The notes below the pieces were generated by a model. That model had not been told where the DNA came from. It did not search any database and saw nothing but the letters and a program-made list of their open reading frames with translations. Position numbers and translations under genes: made by a program. Source: Adineta vaga (lineage: Eukaryota > Animalia > Rotifera). Taken from it: a DNA stretch of 64,000 bases. The DNA is taken from assembly GCA_021613535.1 (NCBI GenBank), contig CP075492.1, positions 19,220,001 through 19,284,000 of the forward strand, written 5' to 3'. Below, in pieces: positions 1 to 12,836 of the stretch (positions are counted from its first letter, which is position 1; the number at the start of each line of letters is the position of its first letter).

Positions 1-735
1 TTTCGCGATTATAGATTCAGCAAAATACCGTAATATTGAAAAAAAGAGAACTTTTCTGTTACAAGGAGAAAAGCTGACAGCTATTCAGTTGAGAGAACTT
101 ATCACAAGATATAGCGCCGAGATCAATGCAAGTTAGCTACAGTAAGCTTTCGAAAAAATCGTCATAGTCCTCTTGATAGCTGTCTTCATTAGGAGAATAT
201 CTTTTGTTGACGATGATTGCAATTCCGGAATTTCAGTAATATGGAATGATCAGGAATTTCTGTTTATTCCTGCCGATACCGTCATTACTATATTTGTCAA
301 TGTTTAACTGCGGGAGAGAAGTATGTAGATACTCTAAAGGATAATACTGCTTCATAAGATGGGTGTGGGTGTGCGGAAAGCTCGGCCAGTGGGCAAGCAC
401 AATAGTGTGGGTGTCCGAAAAACGCCTAATTACAGACACCGGATGGAACAACCAACACCTCCAACAAATTGATAGAAAAGGTGCACGGTCACGAACTCGA
501 AAGTGCGCACCGCATTTCACAAATAACTCAGGATCATCTTTTCTTGAGTTCACACATCGCACCACTTCCGAATTAGGCAGAAATAGGCAGGAAATGCAGG
601 AGTTTGACTGAATTTGTAGAAATTGAATGCCAGCCGTTCCGGATTTGAATAAGTGGAAGTCCAGAATTGAGTGATAGGCATTTTAGTGGGTCAATCAATT
701 CCGGAATGTGTAACTTTTCGGAATAGGAAGTATTC

Positions 736-764
736 TCCACCCCACCCACCCACACCCTCAAGAT
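736..764. repeat. Telomere-like palindrome family, C-rich arm (CCACCCACCCACACCCTCAAGAT)
   Basis: Matches the family right-arm consensus and directly abuts a 5'-truncated FG-GAP exon. Confidence 0.8.
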
Positions 765-1031
765 GCTATAGGGGTTTTTAATGGTGATCAACAAGCAGAT
801 ATTGCAGTTTCGTATAGTGGTGCAAATAGTATCGGAGTACTTCTTGGATATAAAAATGGAATTATGGGTTCAGTACAAAAATTTCCGGTTGGAAATAAAA
901 CATATTATACGAGAATTACTGCAAGTGATTTTAATAATGATGGTTGTCAAGATATACTGGCTACAGATGATCAGAGTGGTGCAGTATTTGTTCTATTAAA
1001 TATTTGTCAATGTCAACAACCTCTCGAATAA
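762..1031 (+). pseudogene. C-terminal fragment of an FG-GAP/VCBS-repeat protein
   Basis: Hand translation: DAIGVFNGDQQADIAVSYSGANSIGVLLG...ASDFNNDGCQDILATD...VFVLLNICQCQQPLE*. Two DFNxDGxxD-like motifs. No start codon; the frame begins at the palindrome end. Confidence 0.7.
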
Positions 1032-1153
1032 TATAAACCCTGTGATTATTCTAATCTATGTTGTAGAGTGTAATGCTTTGTTTAATATTGTATTTTATGT
1101 CAATCGTTCATTTATCAATCTTCAAATAAAAAATATTCAGTTAAAGTCAATAC

Positions 1154-1194
1154 TTGAGAGTAGGATGAGTACAGTCACCCACACTCTCATCCTC
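1154..1194. repeat. Degenerate telomere-like palindrome
   Basis: TTGAGAGTAGGATGAGT...CACCCACACTCTCATCCTC. Confidence 0.6.
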
Positions 1195-1578
1195 CGTAAA
1201 CTCTCACTTTCAGATCGTATTTCAAAAAAAGAATAATAAAGTAACTATTTATCTTTATTTATAAAGTAAAGATAAAATAACACTTCTAATGAGAGTTTTA
1301 TTTCACCGTGGTATACAGACCACACAGAATAAAAACTTTCATGTCATATCTCTATTCCTTAATAAATTTAAAGTATCATAACAAAGAAACAAAAAAAATT
1401 ATTTAGACTTACTACAAAGACAAGTTTGTCATTTGTTAAAGTAACAGATGTTTTAACTTTACTTAGCCATGTCTTAAAAGCTTTTCTGACGATTTTCTAG
1501 ACTCCGAAAAATATATACCGCTACAAACCTTGTACTTTGGAGTTTTCGATTGAGTCTGTCGTATCATCAGTATCGGTA

Positions 1579-1632
1579 ATGGGTAGATGTGAGTGCGAGT
1601 AATCTCTTATCGATGACTCACACTCTCAAGAT
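1579..1632. repeat. Degenerate telomere-like palindrome
   Basis: GGGTAGATGTGAGTGCGAGT...ACTCACACTCTCAAGAT. Confidence 0.65.
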
Positions 1633-1701
1633 TTCTTTAATAACTTTCTTCTAGAATAAAAAAGTGACACAGTGAAAATTTCCTTTGAACTACTTAGAAA
1701 C

Positions 1702-2595
1702 ATGGCGCAAAGCTTTGCATTTTATAATGATGCGAACTTTTTCATTGTCTATGGATTAATTATCTGTTGTCTCTTGGTAACCGCAACTTTATATAAATGG
1801 TATGTAGGAGTATTCTCGTCCTTGACGAAGCAAATACTTAATATTGGGTATAACTTGACCGATGATGGAAAAAAATTTAAATCCATGAGTTTTTATGGAG
1901 ACAATTTTCAAGCACAGGATGGTAACTGTTGTTTTTCGTACATGCTTCCCTTCTGTTTCATAATTATGGTTAGTATGACGATCGCAGGAACATTAATTAC
2001 GCTCGTTGATGGTATGGTTTTAAGTGTTGTCTATCTTCCTCGAAATGAAAAATGTCCAGATTATGGAGATATGCATTGTTATTCAACATCTAACAATCAT
2101 AGTTATTTCTTTTGTAATTCCTCTGATATTGTTATTCCGGAATCATTCGGTTCAGTGAACTGTTATCGATGGGCCAAAAGAAACATGTCTACTCTTATAG
2201 TTCTTGAACAGATTGGAATATGCACTGGATTGTTCGAAGCCCTGAAATGGGTAATCACTTCGTACTTACGATTAATGCACTATGCTCTTCAAGTTTGCCA
2301 TAAAACACAGTGCAGTGGTTGTACTCGCTTGAAAATGATATTTATTCTGCTTCTTATATTGTTACCGTTTCTAGGTTCAATAATCATGCTAGCATACTTC
2401 AAAACTCGTAAAACTGCTGTTACAGGATTGACGATGGGTGTTCTAAGTTGTATAGCAGCTGTTGGATTTTCAGCAATGTTTATGATGTGTACATTGTGGT
2501 TTGCTGGCACGAAAGTTGATCTAGACAATAAAATTCAACCTTTATATGGGATGATGTCACAGAATTCACATGGAAGCGTTCGTAATCAAAATTAA
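1702..2595 (+). CDS. Multi-pass membrane protein of unknown function with a Cys-containing loop
   Basis: Intronless ORF from ATG 1702 with about 5 hydrophobic segments. Confidence 0.7.
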   Translation: MAQSFAFYNDANFFIVYGLIICCLLVTATLYKWYVGVFSSLTKQILNIGYNLTDDGKKFKSMSFYGDNFQAQDGNCCFSYMLPFCFIIMVSMTIAGTLITLVDGMVLSVVYLPRNEKCPDYGDMHCYSTSNNHSYFFCNSSDIVIPESFGSVNCYRWAKRNMSTLIVLEQIGICTGLFEALKWVITSYLRLMHYALQVCHKTQCSGCTRLKMIFILLLILLPFLGSIIMLAYFKTRKTAVTGLTMGVLSCIAAVGFSAMFMMCTLWFAGTKVDLDNKIQPLYGMMSQNSHGSVRNQN

Positions 2596-3703
2596 TCATT
2601 ATCTGATATCACGACAAAAAGGACATAATCAGTTTCCGTCTGAACAGCAATTTTTTGAATATCCAAAAATAAACTTTTAAAGTTCTATTAAAGAGCTGTC
2701 TAATTCGAGTTTGAATATAAACGAAGCATATAAAATCGAGTATACTTAGAGATAGTACAACTCCTGTTGAATTGAGAAGGGAGTATAGATGAGTATGGAT
2801 ATCTTTCTCTAATGCATCAGAACTCACATCCTGATCCATACCATCAAGATCTTTCTTATAATCGTAAGCTAGTATTCACTAACATGTGAGCTGTATTATT
2901 TGCGATGAGTCATTGTATCTACAGGATGTGTAGCTAATATCCCTATATTATCTAGTGTAGTGTATGTAAAATTTTATAGTATCGAGTTTCAACTACCTGA
3001 ATGTCAGGAGCTTTTATATTATTGAGTCCATGAACTAATTAACCAATTTTTCAAGACACTACCAGACATACAGGAAGATTTGTCGAATATGTATACAACA
3101 ACACACTCTGATTATTGATCACAGTGTTTTATCCAGGTTTTATATCCCGAGTGGGCAAGCGTACTTTTCGAAAGAACTGCTATATGAAAAGTTTTATGAT
3201 ATAAGAAAAAAATGAACATTAATTTATTTAATTTCATAATATATTTACACGTTTCTTTTATCATCAACACTCTTCATTCACAGTCTCTAGACATTCTCTC
3301 GTGCGTCCACAAGTCGGAGTGAGATCAATCTTGACACTAAACACGCAAACCACCTAAAATACTAACCATCCTCTAGAGATTGGTTAGGTATATCGGAGAA
3401 TGTTAATTGTAAGAAATAAAGTGACGATGTGAACATTATATGGATGAGAGTGTATTTAACTAGCGATTATTCGGTGTTATTTGCTTTGTCTACGAAATTC
3501 GATGTGTTAGAGTATTTCAAACATCTAACCAATTGTTTACCTCTTCATCGACATCTTGAAATGTTCGTAAAGAAAGTGTTTCGTCAAACCAACATCTAAT
3601 CAATAGGAAGTCGAAGAACTATTATTTAAAGTTATTCCAGAAAAGAGTTTTAACAATGAAATTTCATAGACAAAGAAAGCTTTTTTTTTCTTAAACAAAA
3701 GAG

Positions 3704-3772
3704 AACCATCTTCAGGGTGGGCATAGGTGTGAAAGAAGACACCGACACGCACACCACACGCCCAAGATGGTT
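3704..3772. repeat. Telomere-like palindrome
   Basis: AACCATCTTCAGGGTGGG...CACACCACACGCCCAAGATGGTT; ends immediately next to the stop codon at 3773. Confidence 0.85.
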
Positions 3773-5613
3773 TTATCTCAAAAACTCTTTTTTCTTGATG
3801 AACGACAATAATTTCCTTGGAATAGACAACGATGTGTTTTGTTGAGTTTCATCATCGTCATGTTCTCGTTTGAAAAATACTAAACATTCACGAAAGCTTT
3901 TCATTGAATATCTTTCCATAATTTCTTCCACGTTGAGATACTGATTAAGATCATTCAAATTTTTGACCTTGCGCCCATATCCACTGTATTCTTCGTCGAT
4001 ACTCATACGTATTATTAAGACCTTTAAATTTTGAAAATTTCTCAGTATTTTCATGATGATATTTCCATACCATTCAGACACTTCCCAATTCCTGTTCAAA
4101 TCAAATTTGATATATTTAACATTGGAAAAATAAACATAATGCATTTCTGTTATTTTTTCGAGTCTTGAATAAACATCAATATTTAATCGTTGAATTCTTT
4201 CGTTCAAGATTTTAGTTAATTCATTATCTATTGACGGTAATTCTGTATCAGATAAAATTAAATCTGTTAAGTTTGGTATTGCATTAATCAACCATTCATT
4301 ATCTAAAGATCCTAATGTATATTCAATTGTTTTCACATTGTTTAATATTCGAGGAATATTCTTTTCTTTGTATTCATTGTCATTTTCATTCAAATGATTA
4401 GAACAATATGGACCAAATCGAATGTAAGACAACTTTGACATTTTCATTTTTAGTTCTTTTAAAAAATTGATATCATATTTTAATGCTTTAGGTAAACTAA
4501 TCGATTTAACTTTGTACCAAACTGAAAGATTACTGTCTAAAATCTTTGGATTGTTCGATCGAACAAGATGAAAACTGTCTGGGAAATCATAAAGATAATC
4601 AAAATGAAATGGTAATGTGTAGAAATAAGTATAATGTATTCCGAATGAATAATTATTCTTAAGCCAATGATTATTTTGCAATTGAAATAAGAACTGATCA
4701 ATATCCATGAATTGTTCATTTAATTGACTATACAAATGGAATTGTTTAAGTTCGATCATTGGTTCTAAGAATTGTTGCAGTTTTATAGAAGTGAACGAGT
4801 CTGAATCATCGATTCTGATAGGTATATAAGGTGAATTAATTGATAGGAGAGCTAGTGATGATGAAAAATATTTCATACAACTTGCGAATAGATCAAAATC
4901 GAGCCTTCGTAGTATAAATGTACGATAGAATTTTAAATGCAGTTGTTTTAAGTTGATAGTACTATTATTGATTCGTGTTTCATATATTCTAGGCGGTGGT
5001 GATTTAACATTTAAATATTTCAAGTTTGGTATATAATATCTTCAAAATCAGTGAGAACTAATGTTAATGAATGTAAATTAGAATTGATTCGAACATTTTT
5101 TCTATCGATTCCTCCGATTGATCGAGTATGTAACGAGCATTGAAAGATTTTTAATTGATTTTTCCCATCAAAAATATTTTCTAATATATTAAATTGCTCA
5201 GTCCATTCACATGAAAATCTTTCATTTTGTTTTATTTTTAACGTTTGAAGATAATTAAAATATTTACTATGAACAATAATTTCTGCTTGTTGTTGAGCTA
5301 AACCATATGATGAAGATATAACGAGAGATTTTAAATTCCGAAAATCTTCTAAAGAGAACGATAAATCCATTGTATCTATTAATACAGATTGTACATGTGA
5401 AGTAATAGATGGAAGAAGATTTTTCCATATAGATATATTCTTTGTTAGCAATTCTATATGATTAAAGTAATGTTGATTTTGTATTAGTAAATTGTGTAAC
5501 CGTGCATTAAGATGAAAGAATGTATAGATAATCTCATTATTCGACAGATAATTAAATAGCATAAAGAGAATTTCAGTTGGCAATCGATCAAACCATGTTG
5601 GGAATTCAGACAT
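3773..5613 (-). pseudogene. F-box/LRR-like protein, frameshifted near 5020
   Basis: N-terminal FDRLPTEILFMLFNYLS F-box-like motif followed by LxxLxL repeats. Two overlapping ORFs (5020-5613, 3773-5023) with no visible intron between them. Confidence 0.7.
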
Positions 5614-5920
5614 TTTTCTTGTAGAAAAAACAGTTGTCTTTTCTTTCGTTTAACATGAATATGATGTTAAATTGAGATAAGAACTGAAGAGTCGTTTGTA
5701 TGACTCATTAAGAATTGTTTTTTATTTATTTTGCTCTTTATTTGTTACACTCGGGAGTGCTTACAAAGGATAGACATGGTTGTAATTTAGCGCTACATCA
5801 ACAATGCTCGTCAAGATTAATTTCACACTTTGATCAAGTGCCTCTTTATGCGTTTTTCTATAGTGGCGGGGTGATGAGAAAGAAAAAAGAAAAGATGAAC
5901 AAGTATAAAGATACGAAGAG

Positions 5921-6005
5921 AGGAGAGTGTGGGTGGTGTGAGCGAGGTTTTGGATGTGTGTGGATGATAGCTAATTAATCACCCACCCACACCCACACCC
6001 TCAAG
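5921..6005. repeat. Telomere-like palindrome
   Basis: GAGTGTGGGTGGTGTGAG...CACCCACCCACACCCACACCCTCAAG; supplies the TGA stop of the adjacent minus-strand ORF. Confidence 0.85.
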
Positions 6006-6794
6006 AAATTACTAGCTTTGCTTTTGATTCTAAATATACTGTTATCTCCTTAATGTTGGCAATTTCAGCATATCCATCTGATTGGATGAATAATATAATA
6101 GTACCGGCACTACTAATGATAACGCTCGCATTTGACTCCACATAAGCTGAAATATTCTTAGTATTCCCAATCGTAAGCGTTTTACCGTTTTTAACATATA
6201 ATCCATTAATGAAAATTTTGTTGCCGATGGTTGTGCTATTATTGAAACAATCCCATGTATTTCCAAAAGAAGGAAAAACTGACATATATGGTGAATCTGT
6301 GGTAATTATTGCTGATGAATTTTCCTCTAAAATAAAGATAAGAATTACATTGACATAAAGTTTCCAAAAAAACAACAAACATTTTATTTACTGATGATTA
6401 AATTTATTTACATACTTCGCAAGTATAACGTCTTACCTGTAGAGTAACTGGTTATTTTTGTAGTGAAAGTTATTTCCAGTGTTACCGTATCTGAAGGTAA
6501 TGAATTAAAATAAACTGAACTGATTGAATTATTCATTAACGATAATGAATCTATCGTAAGAGACTTTGTAAATATTTCACATGTATTATTATTATGAAAA
6601 CAATTGAATGCAGAAATTTGTGTTGTATTCGAAAGCATTGCACAAACACATGTATGACAAGAACCATTTATTATAGTTGAATTGTAATTAAATACTTCCA
6701 AAGAAACATTATGAATTACTGGAATATATTTTATATTGCTTGAAATTGTTTTGATTGAATAAAAAAATAAAATATAGAAGAAAATATACCACAT
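6001..6794 (-). pseudogene. Two-exon secreted protein, probably 3'-truncated at the palindrome
   Basis: Signal peptide MWYIFFYILFFYSIKTISS and a Cys-rich apple/PAN-like segment (CHTCVCAM...FNCFHNNNTC). GTAAG donor near 6437. The exon 2 frame runs into the element and stops in its CTTGA. Confidence 0.55.
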
Positions 6795-7337
6795 TTGATA
6801 GTAGTAGTAGTAGTAGTAGTAATTCAAAATGATGTCTTCATCGACTATCGTTTTCTGTTTGAAGAAACAACAACAACTATTCTATTATTTCCGAATATGT
6901 GTTTTATAGAATAAACTATAGAAAGAAACTAGTTTTCATTTAACTTTTGAATATTATATAAGGTCAAATATGTAAAGATTTCTCGTACAAAGAAATAGAT
7001 CAATTTATGATTCTCTCAAAGTGAGGTAACCGAAGAAACTATTATTATTTATCGGAAAAAACGGTCATGGAAATCATTTCCATTTTTCCATTGTTTTTCT
7101 TGTGAATAAAATTAATTTACTTTAAAGTACATGTATTATAGTTTTAAAGAAAAATCGAAGAAATTCTTGCTTTTTCTCGATGTCTTCCACCAATAACAAA
7201 CATCAACAAATCCACATTCTTCCATCAATTTCGAATAAAATTCTGTAGATCGATTCCAATTGAGTCTATAACTAAAACGAAATAGTATAGTGATGACATA
7301 ATTAATATGAGGATCAGATTTTTGAGATAAATATAAA

Positions 7338-7386
7338 TTCTAGGGTGGGTGGGTGTGGCTATTCTGTTCACCCACGCCTTCAAGAT
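7338..7386. repeat. Telomere-like palindrome
   Basis: TTCTAGGGTGGGTGGGTGTGG...CACCCACGCCTTCAAGAT. Confidence 0.8.
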
Positions 7387-7747
7387 TTTAAATGCCATTA
7401 AACTTAAGATAAATATGCAGTTAATTACATATTTTAAGATTAATTATCGAATATTGAAAAATATCTATTAGAAATGGTATATTTGTCTTATAGATCAAAT
7501 TATGAGAATCCACAACATCACAAAATCATAGAAAATAAAATTTTATCAGAATGCAATAAACAAGAAGTATTGTATTTGCATCGTATCTATCGCATTCAAT
7601 TAGTAAAACATTATTATATTTTTCAGCTGATGATGAAAATATTCCTTTTTCGCTTTCTATCTTAATGTAAAGATGATTATATTTTACATAATGTGGAAAA
7701 AAATGCAGACATTTATTTGAATAAAAATCATTATAGATAGAAAAGAG

Positions 7748-8533
7748 TTAATATTTTTGTTTTTCTGATACTTGTTCTAAATTTTGGTTCAATTGCAATT
7801 CAAATTTATCTTCTCCACGATATTTTTTCGTTTGAATATACCATTTACCTTCAAATTGATTCTTTTCTGTATTCCAGTCTAATTGTATAGTTACTGTATG
7901 TCCATGATTTTCCGTTGGATTACCTGTACCTGTTTTATATACTTTTGTCAGGGCCAATCGATTCGTTTCATATGAATAAGTACCATCAACAGTATATTCA
8001 CCAATATCATCTGTTCCTTGTCCATCGACTGCTAATGTTGAAGAATTAAATGTTAATGATAATTGATGAGGTCCATGCCATTGATTATATTGATGATAAC
8101 GACTAGACCAAAGACCTGTTTGAAACTGAGCTTTTGAATATATTTCCTTTTGTTTTGATGATTTATTTGCAACAAATTCTGGATTCACTTTTGATGGTTT
8201 TCCTTTAAATCGGCGATAACAAAGTATAGAACCGCATATAATAGCAAGTAAACCAAATATACCACCAGTCACACCACCAGCGATGGTTCCAGCTTGCTTA
8301 CACTCATCAGTAGTACATCTACTACCGCTTGATTGAGAACCAACAAAATAAAAAATAAAAATGTTTTATATTAATGACAAAAATTATTAACAATGAAAAA
8401 GTAATAATTAATTTACATATTTACCTCCAGAGCTACTGCCACCACTGCTAGAACCACCTCCACGCGACCCTTGGCAATAAATAGTGATTGCTAAGACACT
8501 GACTGCTAAGAAAAATCGAACTAAACTATTCAT
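7748..8533 (-). CDS. Two-exon type I single-pass membrane protein with a beta-rich cytoplasmic domain
   Basis: Signal peptide MNSLVRFFLAVSVLAITIYC, Gly/Ser linker, intron at about 8331-8423, TM segment IAGGVTGGIFGLLAIICGSIL, then the ORF continues to 7748. Confidence 0.75.
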
Positions 8534-8718
8534 ACTTTTTACACTTTAACTGCACAAATATTTTGTTTTGATTTACACGTATATATGGAATGGAATGACG
8601 TCAGAAAATGAATACAAATTGACGTAAGATGAAAGTGAGTAATATTGCTATAGAAACATTGAAAAAAATGCGAGTCTTATTTAAGATTACACAAAGAAAA
8701 AAAAAACAAACATAAAAC

Positions 8719-8791
8719 TGTGACGTTTTTTTATGGAAAAGACGTATGCGCTGATGGAACTACACCTCTATTTATTTCTTCCTCTCAAATC
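8719..8791 (+). repeat. Partial copy of the LTR-like sequence at 40341-40576
   Basis: TGTGACGTTTTTTTATGGAAAAGACGTATGCGCTGATGGAACTACACCTCTATTTATTTCTTCCTC aligns by eye with the reverse complement of about 40506-40576. Confidence 0.75.
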
Positions 8792-8795
8792 AGGT

Positions 8796-8876
8796 CCCAT
8801 GTCTTCAAAATCGGGACGAAATCGGCGGGGTTATCGCGATTGATCGCCCAAACCTAGCCGATTTTGAAGACATGGG
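8796..8876. repeat. GC-rich inverted repeat (MITE-like hairpin)
   Basis: CCCATGTCTTCAAAATCGG ... CCGATTTTGAAGACATGGG is a perfect 19-bp inverted repeat, followed by a degenerate third copy. Confidence 0.7.
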
Positions 8877-9070
8877 TCCCCATGTCGTGAAAATGGTGGG
8901 AAAATTGGGGACATATCGCGATTAATCGGTAAATTTTCTTGAAGCTGATTGAATATGTACAGGTTTCTAATTATATTTTATTTAAGAGACGGTCCACGAA
9001 AAAATAGAATATTGTGAAATCACGTGGGCCAACGGATTTTGTATCTGATCCCATAGGAAGTTAGGCACTT

Positions 9071-9209
9071 TTGAGGGTGTGGGTGTGGGTGTGGATGTCT
9101 TCTCTTCTTTCACACCCACACCCTCAATTGCATCGTAGATCTTGAGGATAAGTGTGGAGTATAAGAATGTGAGTTGTAAATGATATTTTCACCTACACCC
9201 ATATTCAAT
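9071..9209. repeat. Two adjacent telomere-like palindromes (9071-9127 well conserved; 9138-9209 degenerate)
   Basis: TTGAGGGTGTGGGTGTGGGTGTGG...CACACCCACACCCTCAA, then ATCTTGAGGATAAGTGTGG...CACCTACACCCATATTCAA. Confidence 0.85.
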
Positions 9210-11187
9210 AATAAATAAAAACTCTATCACCTATACGACAAGAATAATATGCAGAACATTGAATGAATTGTTAAACATAAAAGAAATTAAAGATAATAAA
9301 CGATAATATTTCATCCGCATATCTAGTCTTCTTCTGTATAATTGAACGTATTCAATATCGCTATTTCATTGTTTTCTAATGGTAAAGAATTATGTTGAAT
9401 AATATTTTGTACAAGTTGTTATGTATCGTCGTTTAACATGCAAGTTGATTGATGTCGTTCCATGAAACAAAAAGAAAAAAGACAATTATACTTTGTACAA
9501 TTACTAAATTGTTTTAAACACAATCTTGTTCATGACATTCGATTGTATTAAATGACATTTGATATTCACATTCATGTGTTCGTTATGTTTCTAATATATC
9601 ATAATATCATATTACATTACAACCAAGCAGAGTACTTTAACAATGAATGGCAATATTCGATAAAAGATATTAAATTTATGATAGAAATCATTTTCTCTTT
9701 CTAATAGAAAAATGTAATATTTAGTTTTATTCGAAAATTACTCTATGTTTCTATACAGCAATATTTAAAAGAAATCAATTTGATCGAAGTAAACAAGCAA
9801 ACGATCAATTATGGACCAATTATATGTAAGTTTAAGAGAGAAAGTGATGATGTGAATAATTTTAAAAGAAGATTTTGACAAACTCAGATGTATTAACGTT
9901 TTTATGATGAATAGTTTCCTCATTACATTCGGCTTATTTTGATGATATGTAAGTGTCAACTGAAATATTACAAAAACGTGTCGCAATTTTCATAACAAGA
10001 TTTTTAACCTTTCGAATACCGGAGTCTTCAAATTGAAGACGAGATATTTTCATGCGTTCTGTCAAATCGTTCACCAGCTAAATTCGCTATAGAGAGAGAA
10101 TGATTCGCCATCGTTATTTTTCGTGTATCCAATGCAGAACAAAAAAATTTTGTCGATATTCAGGAGGTTAATAACAGGTGTATCTAGCAGATTCAAAAAT
10201 GTCTTGTACACTTATTACTTCAAAGAATCACTCTATCATACACTTTAATGATCAAATATATTTCAATTCTTAAATATTTATTTTGGAATATTGATATTTT
10301 AAGTTAATGATTTTTCTCTATCGAGTATTTATTTGTCGAAAATGAAATTATATTAGAAGAGGAAATGATCTTAATTTATTGTCCATAATTGTCTTAGAGA
10401 ATAAATATAATATCATATATTATATTCCAAATGGAAAAGAATTCATAATAAACTACACGAAATCCATAAATCTGGCAAGTGAATCTATTTCGAACATAAC
10501 TATATTTATTCAAAAATCACATTTCTAAGACGCATTTGTATCTCAATAGAAGTATTTGAAGAAAATTTTTAGGTACAACATTTACTTGAATCATTATAAT
10601 CAATATGTTAATTGATAAAAAGATTCTAGAATTACGTAAGAATAAATGCAAATGGTGTAGAACGTGTTATTTAATCTTAGTCAAATCCAGTTCAGACAAT
10701 AAGACATTTAGTTGACACAGATTTAGTACCAAATATGAAAATTAAAATTCATGATAATTCAGTTGATTTAAGTTATTTAGTTCTTTTCTATCTTAACCCA
10801 AAGGATCTCGAGATTCAATGATCGATGTTTGTAATATTTCAATTGTAAAAATAAAATTCATCTTTTAAAAATCAGAGCGTATCTTTTTCCCTGATATATC
10901 TTCATATATGATAGACAATGAATGACCCATGTGTTTTATTGTCTTAATACCTGGAAATAGTTACTTTTTTTATTTCGTTGTTTTCATATGAACACTCGTT
11001 TTTGGACATCTCAGGTAGATGTTTTTCATATTAAAAATTTTTTGAAAAGATTGATTCATTTTTGATAGCTTGTTTGTACACGCGGTCAAAAGGTTCATTT
11101 TATATCACGTCACCGTCAGCAAATAATACTATGATACATTACATTTTTATGATCGTTCAGAACAAACAAAATGTTCTTAGTTTCGAT

Positions 11188-11231
11188 TGAGGATGTGAGT
11201 GTGAAAGAAGAGAAGATACCCACAACCTCAG
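11188..11231. repeat. Degenerate telomere-like palindrome
   Basis: TTGAGGATGTGAGTGTG...ACCCACAACCTCAG. Confidence 0.7.
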
Positions 11232-11374
11232 AAAATCAAGTTATTCGATTTTTACAAGCTTCTTTTCATTCAAATAGTACAGTCAAATGAAATGAATTTA
11301 ATAATATTAAAAAGAAATTTTGTCAATACATTCAAGAATTTAAAGCACAAATTATTTGATTTATAGAATTAATA

Positions 11375-12350
11375 TTAAAGAATAGTACGACAACATGAAT
11401 AACAAACAGTTTTACCTCCAAATAACCACGCAACAATTGACTGGATAATCATTTTCATAAATCGCTTGTTGACCTTTCAATGTTAAATATTGACAAAATC
11501 GAAATATATTTCCTAGAAAAATCAATTGAATAATTAATAGAAATTACTTAAATCTAAATTATTATTTCGTTTATTAATATAATTATCACCCATAGTATAT
11601 GTTATTTCTTCAAAATTCATTCTTTCAATAATATATTCTAAACGTCTCATTACATTATTTTTATTTACTACTTTTCTTAAATGTTTATTATTATAATGAT
11701 TTTCAATACTCATTTTTAAATCAATATCGGGTGTTGTTTCAATAATTGAATTAAAAACATTTGATATACATGATTGTTTTGACCAGAAAAGTGTTCGTGC
11801 TCCTTTACCAATTCTTCTTTCTGGTAGATATGAATTTTGACAAAATCATTTTGATTTATGTGTATTCCATTTTACTACTAATGTTGTTGAACGAAGAAAA
11901 CTACCTAAACCTTTACAAGGAGAACAATGTACTTTACCAGCACCATGACATTTACTACAGTATCGTGTATCAACACTAATAAAACAAAAATAGATATTTA
12001 TTATAAGATACAGAATCATTTTTCATACTCTATCATACCACGTCCTCTACATGAACTATTTGTACAGGTAATAAAACATTTTTCTCGACAATTTGAACAT
12101 CTAGTAAGGTAATTACCCTATCAGGTAAGTTTCGCTTTCGTTTTGATGTTTTATCTGTCGATGGTAAATCAAAGTGGTAATCCCACATATTAGGCCATCC
12201 CTTTCGCCGTCAAACAATATTTCTTTCTTCTAAAAGTATTTTCATATGACATAGATCATTTCAGCTTCAGATAGTGGTGCATCATAGTAACAGAACTTTG
12301 AATCAACATATTCTTTGAAATCAGCTAAATGTCTTGGTAATATTTTCGTT
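11375..12350 (-). pseudogene. SSUH2-like (DnaJ-type CxxCxGxG zinc finger) pseudogene
   Basis: Hand translation gives CSKCHGAGKVHCSPCKGLG...LVVKW and a C-terminal YENDYPVNCC...CCRTIL*, with several stops and frameshifts. Confidence 0.6.
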
Positions 12351-12374
12351 GATTTGAATGTCAATGTCTGTTAA

Positions 12375-12456
12375 CCCTTTCCGGCCGGCTATTTGGAAAA
12401 TGCCGTACCCCCCTACGGCAAAATGTATCCATATGGATACACGCGGCTGGAAAGGG
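12375..12456. mobile_element. 82-bp piggyBac-type MITE
   Basis: TTAA on both sides (12371-74 and 12457-60); TIR CCCTTTCCGGCCG / CGGCTGGAAAGGG (12/13 match); two internal hairpins. Confidence 0.85.
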
Positions 12457-12836
12457 TTAATAAAATTAAATTTCCTCTTGAAAAATATGTAAGAATTCTG
12501 TTTGTATAGATCGAAAGAAAAAGAAATCAGTATAATACATTGACTTTCCTATTTTCGAAAAGATATAATAAATAAATATTTTTCTATTTGTGTTACTATC
12601 ACCTTAACAACGCGATCTTTCTCATTTCATAACACATATAAACTCAATTTAAATGTTCATTAAATAAGTTTTGTGATGATTTTATCTACGTCATAGGAAA
12701 TACTTGTTATTCTTTTTGAAAAAGAAACAAAAAACTAATTTATTTGAATAATTACAATGTTTCTCAAGCATTTTCTCCTTTAAAGTTCATTTAAATCAAT
12801 ATAAAACAATAGAAAGATTTCTATTTCTCAATATCA

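Noticed and set aside
233-794. Short ORFs 233-565, 363-611 and 573-794
   Set aside because: No recognisable motifs. The region is moderately GC-rich with repeated ATTCCGGAAT-like palindromes and is more likely non-coding transposon-derived DNA that I cannot classify.
9200-11180. Coding potential in this AT-rich interval
   Set aside because: Only short frames with scattered protein-like fragments; no supportable gene.
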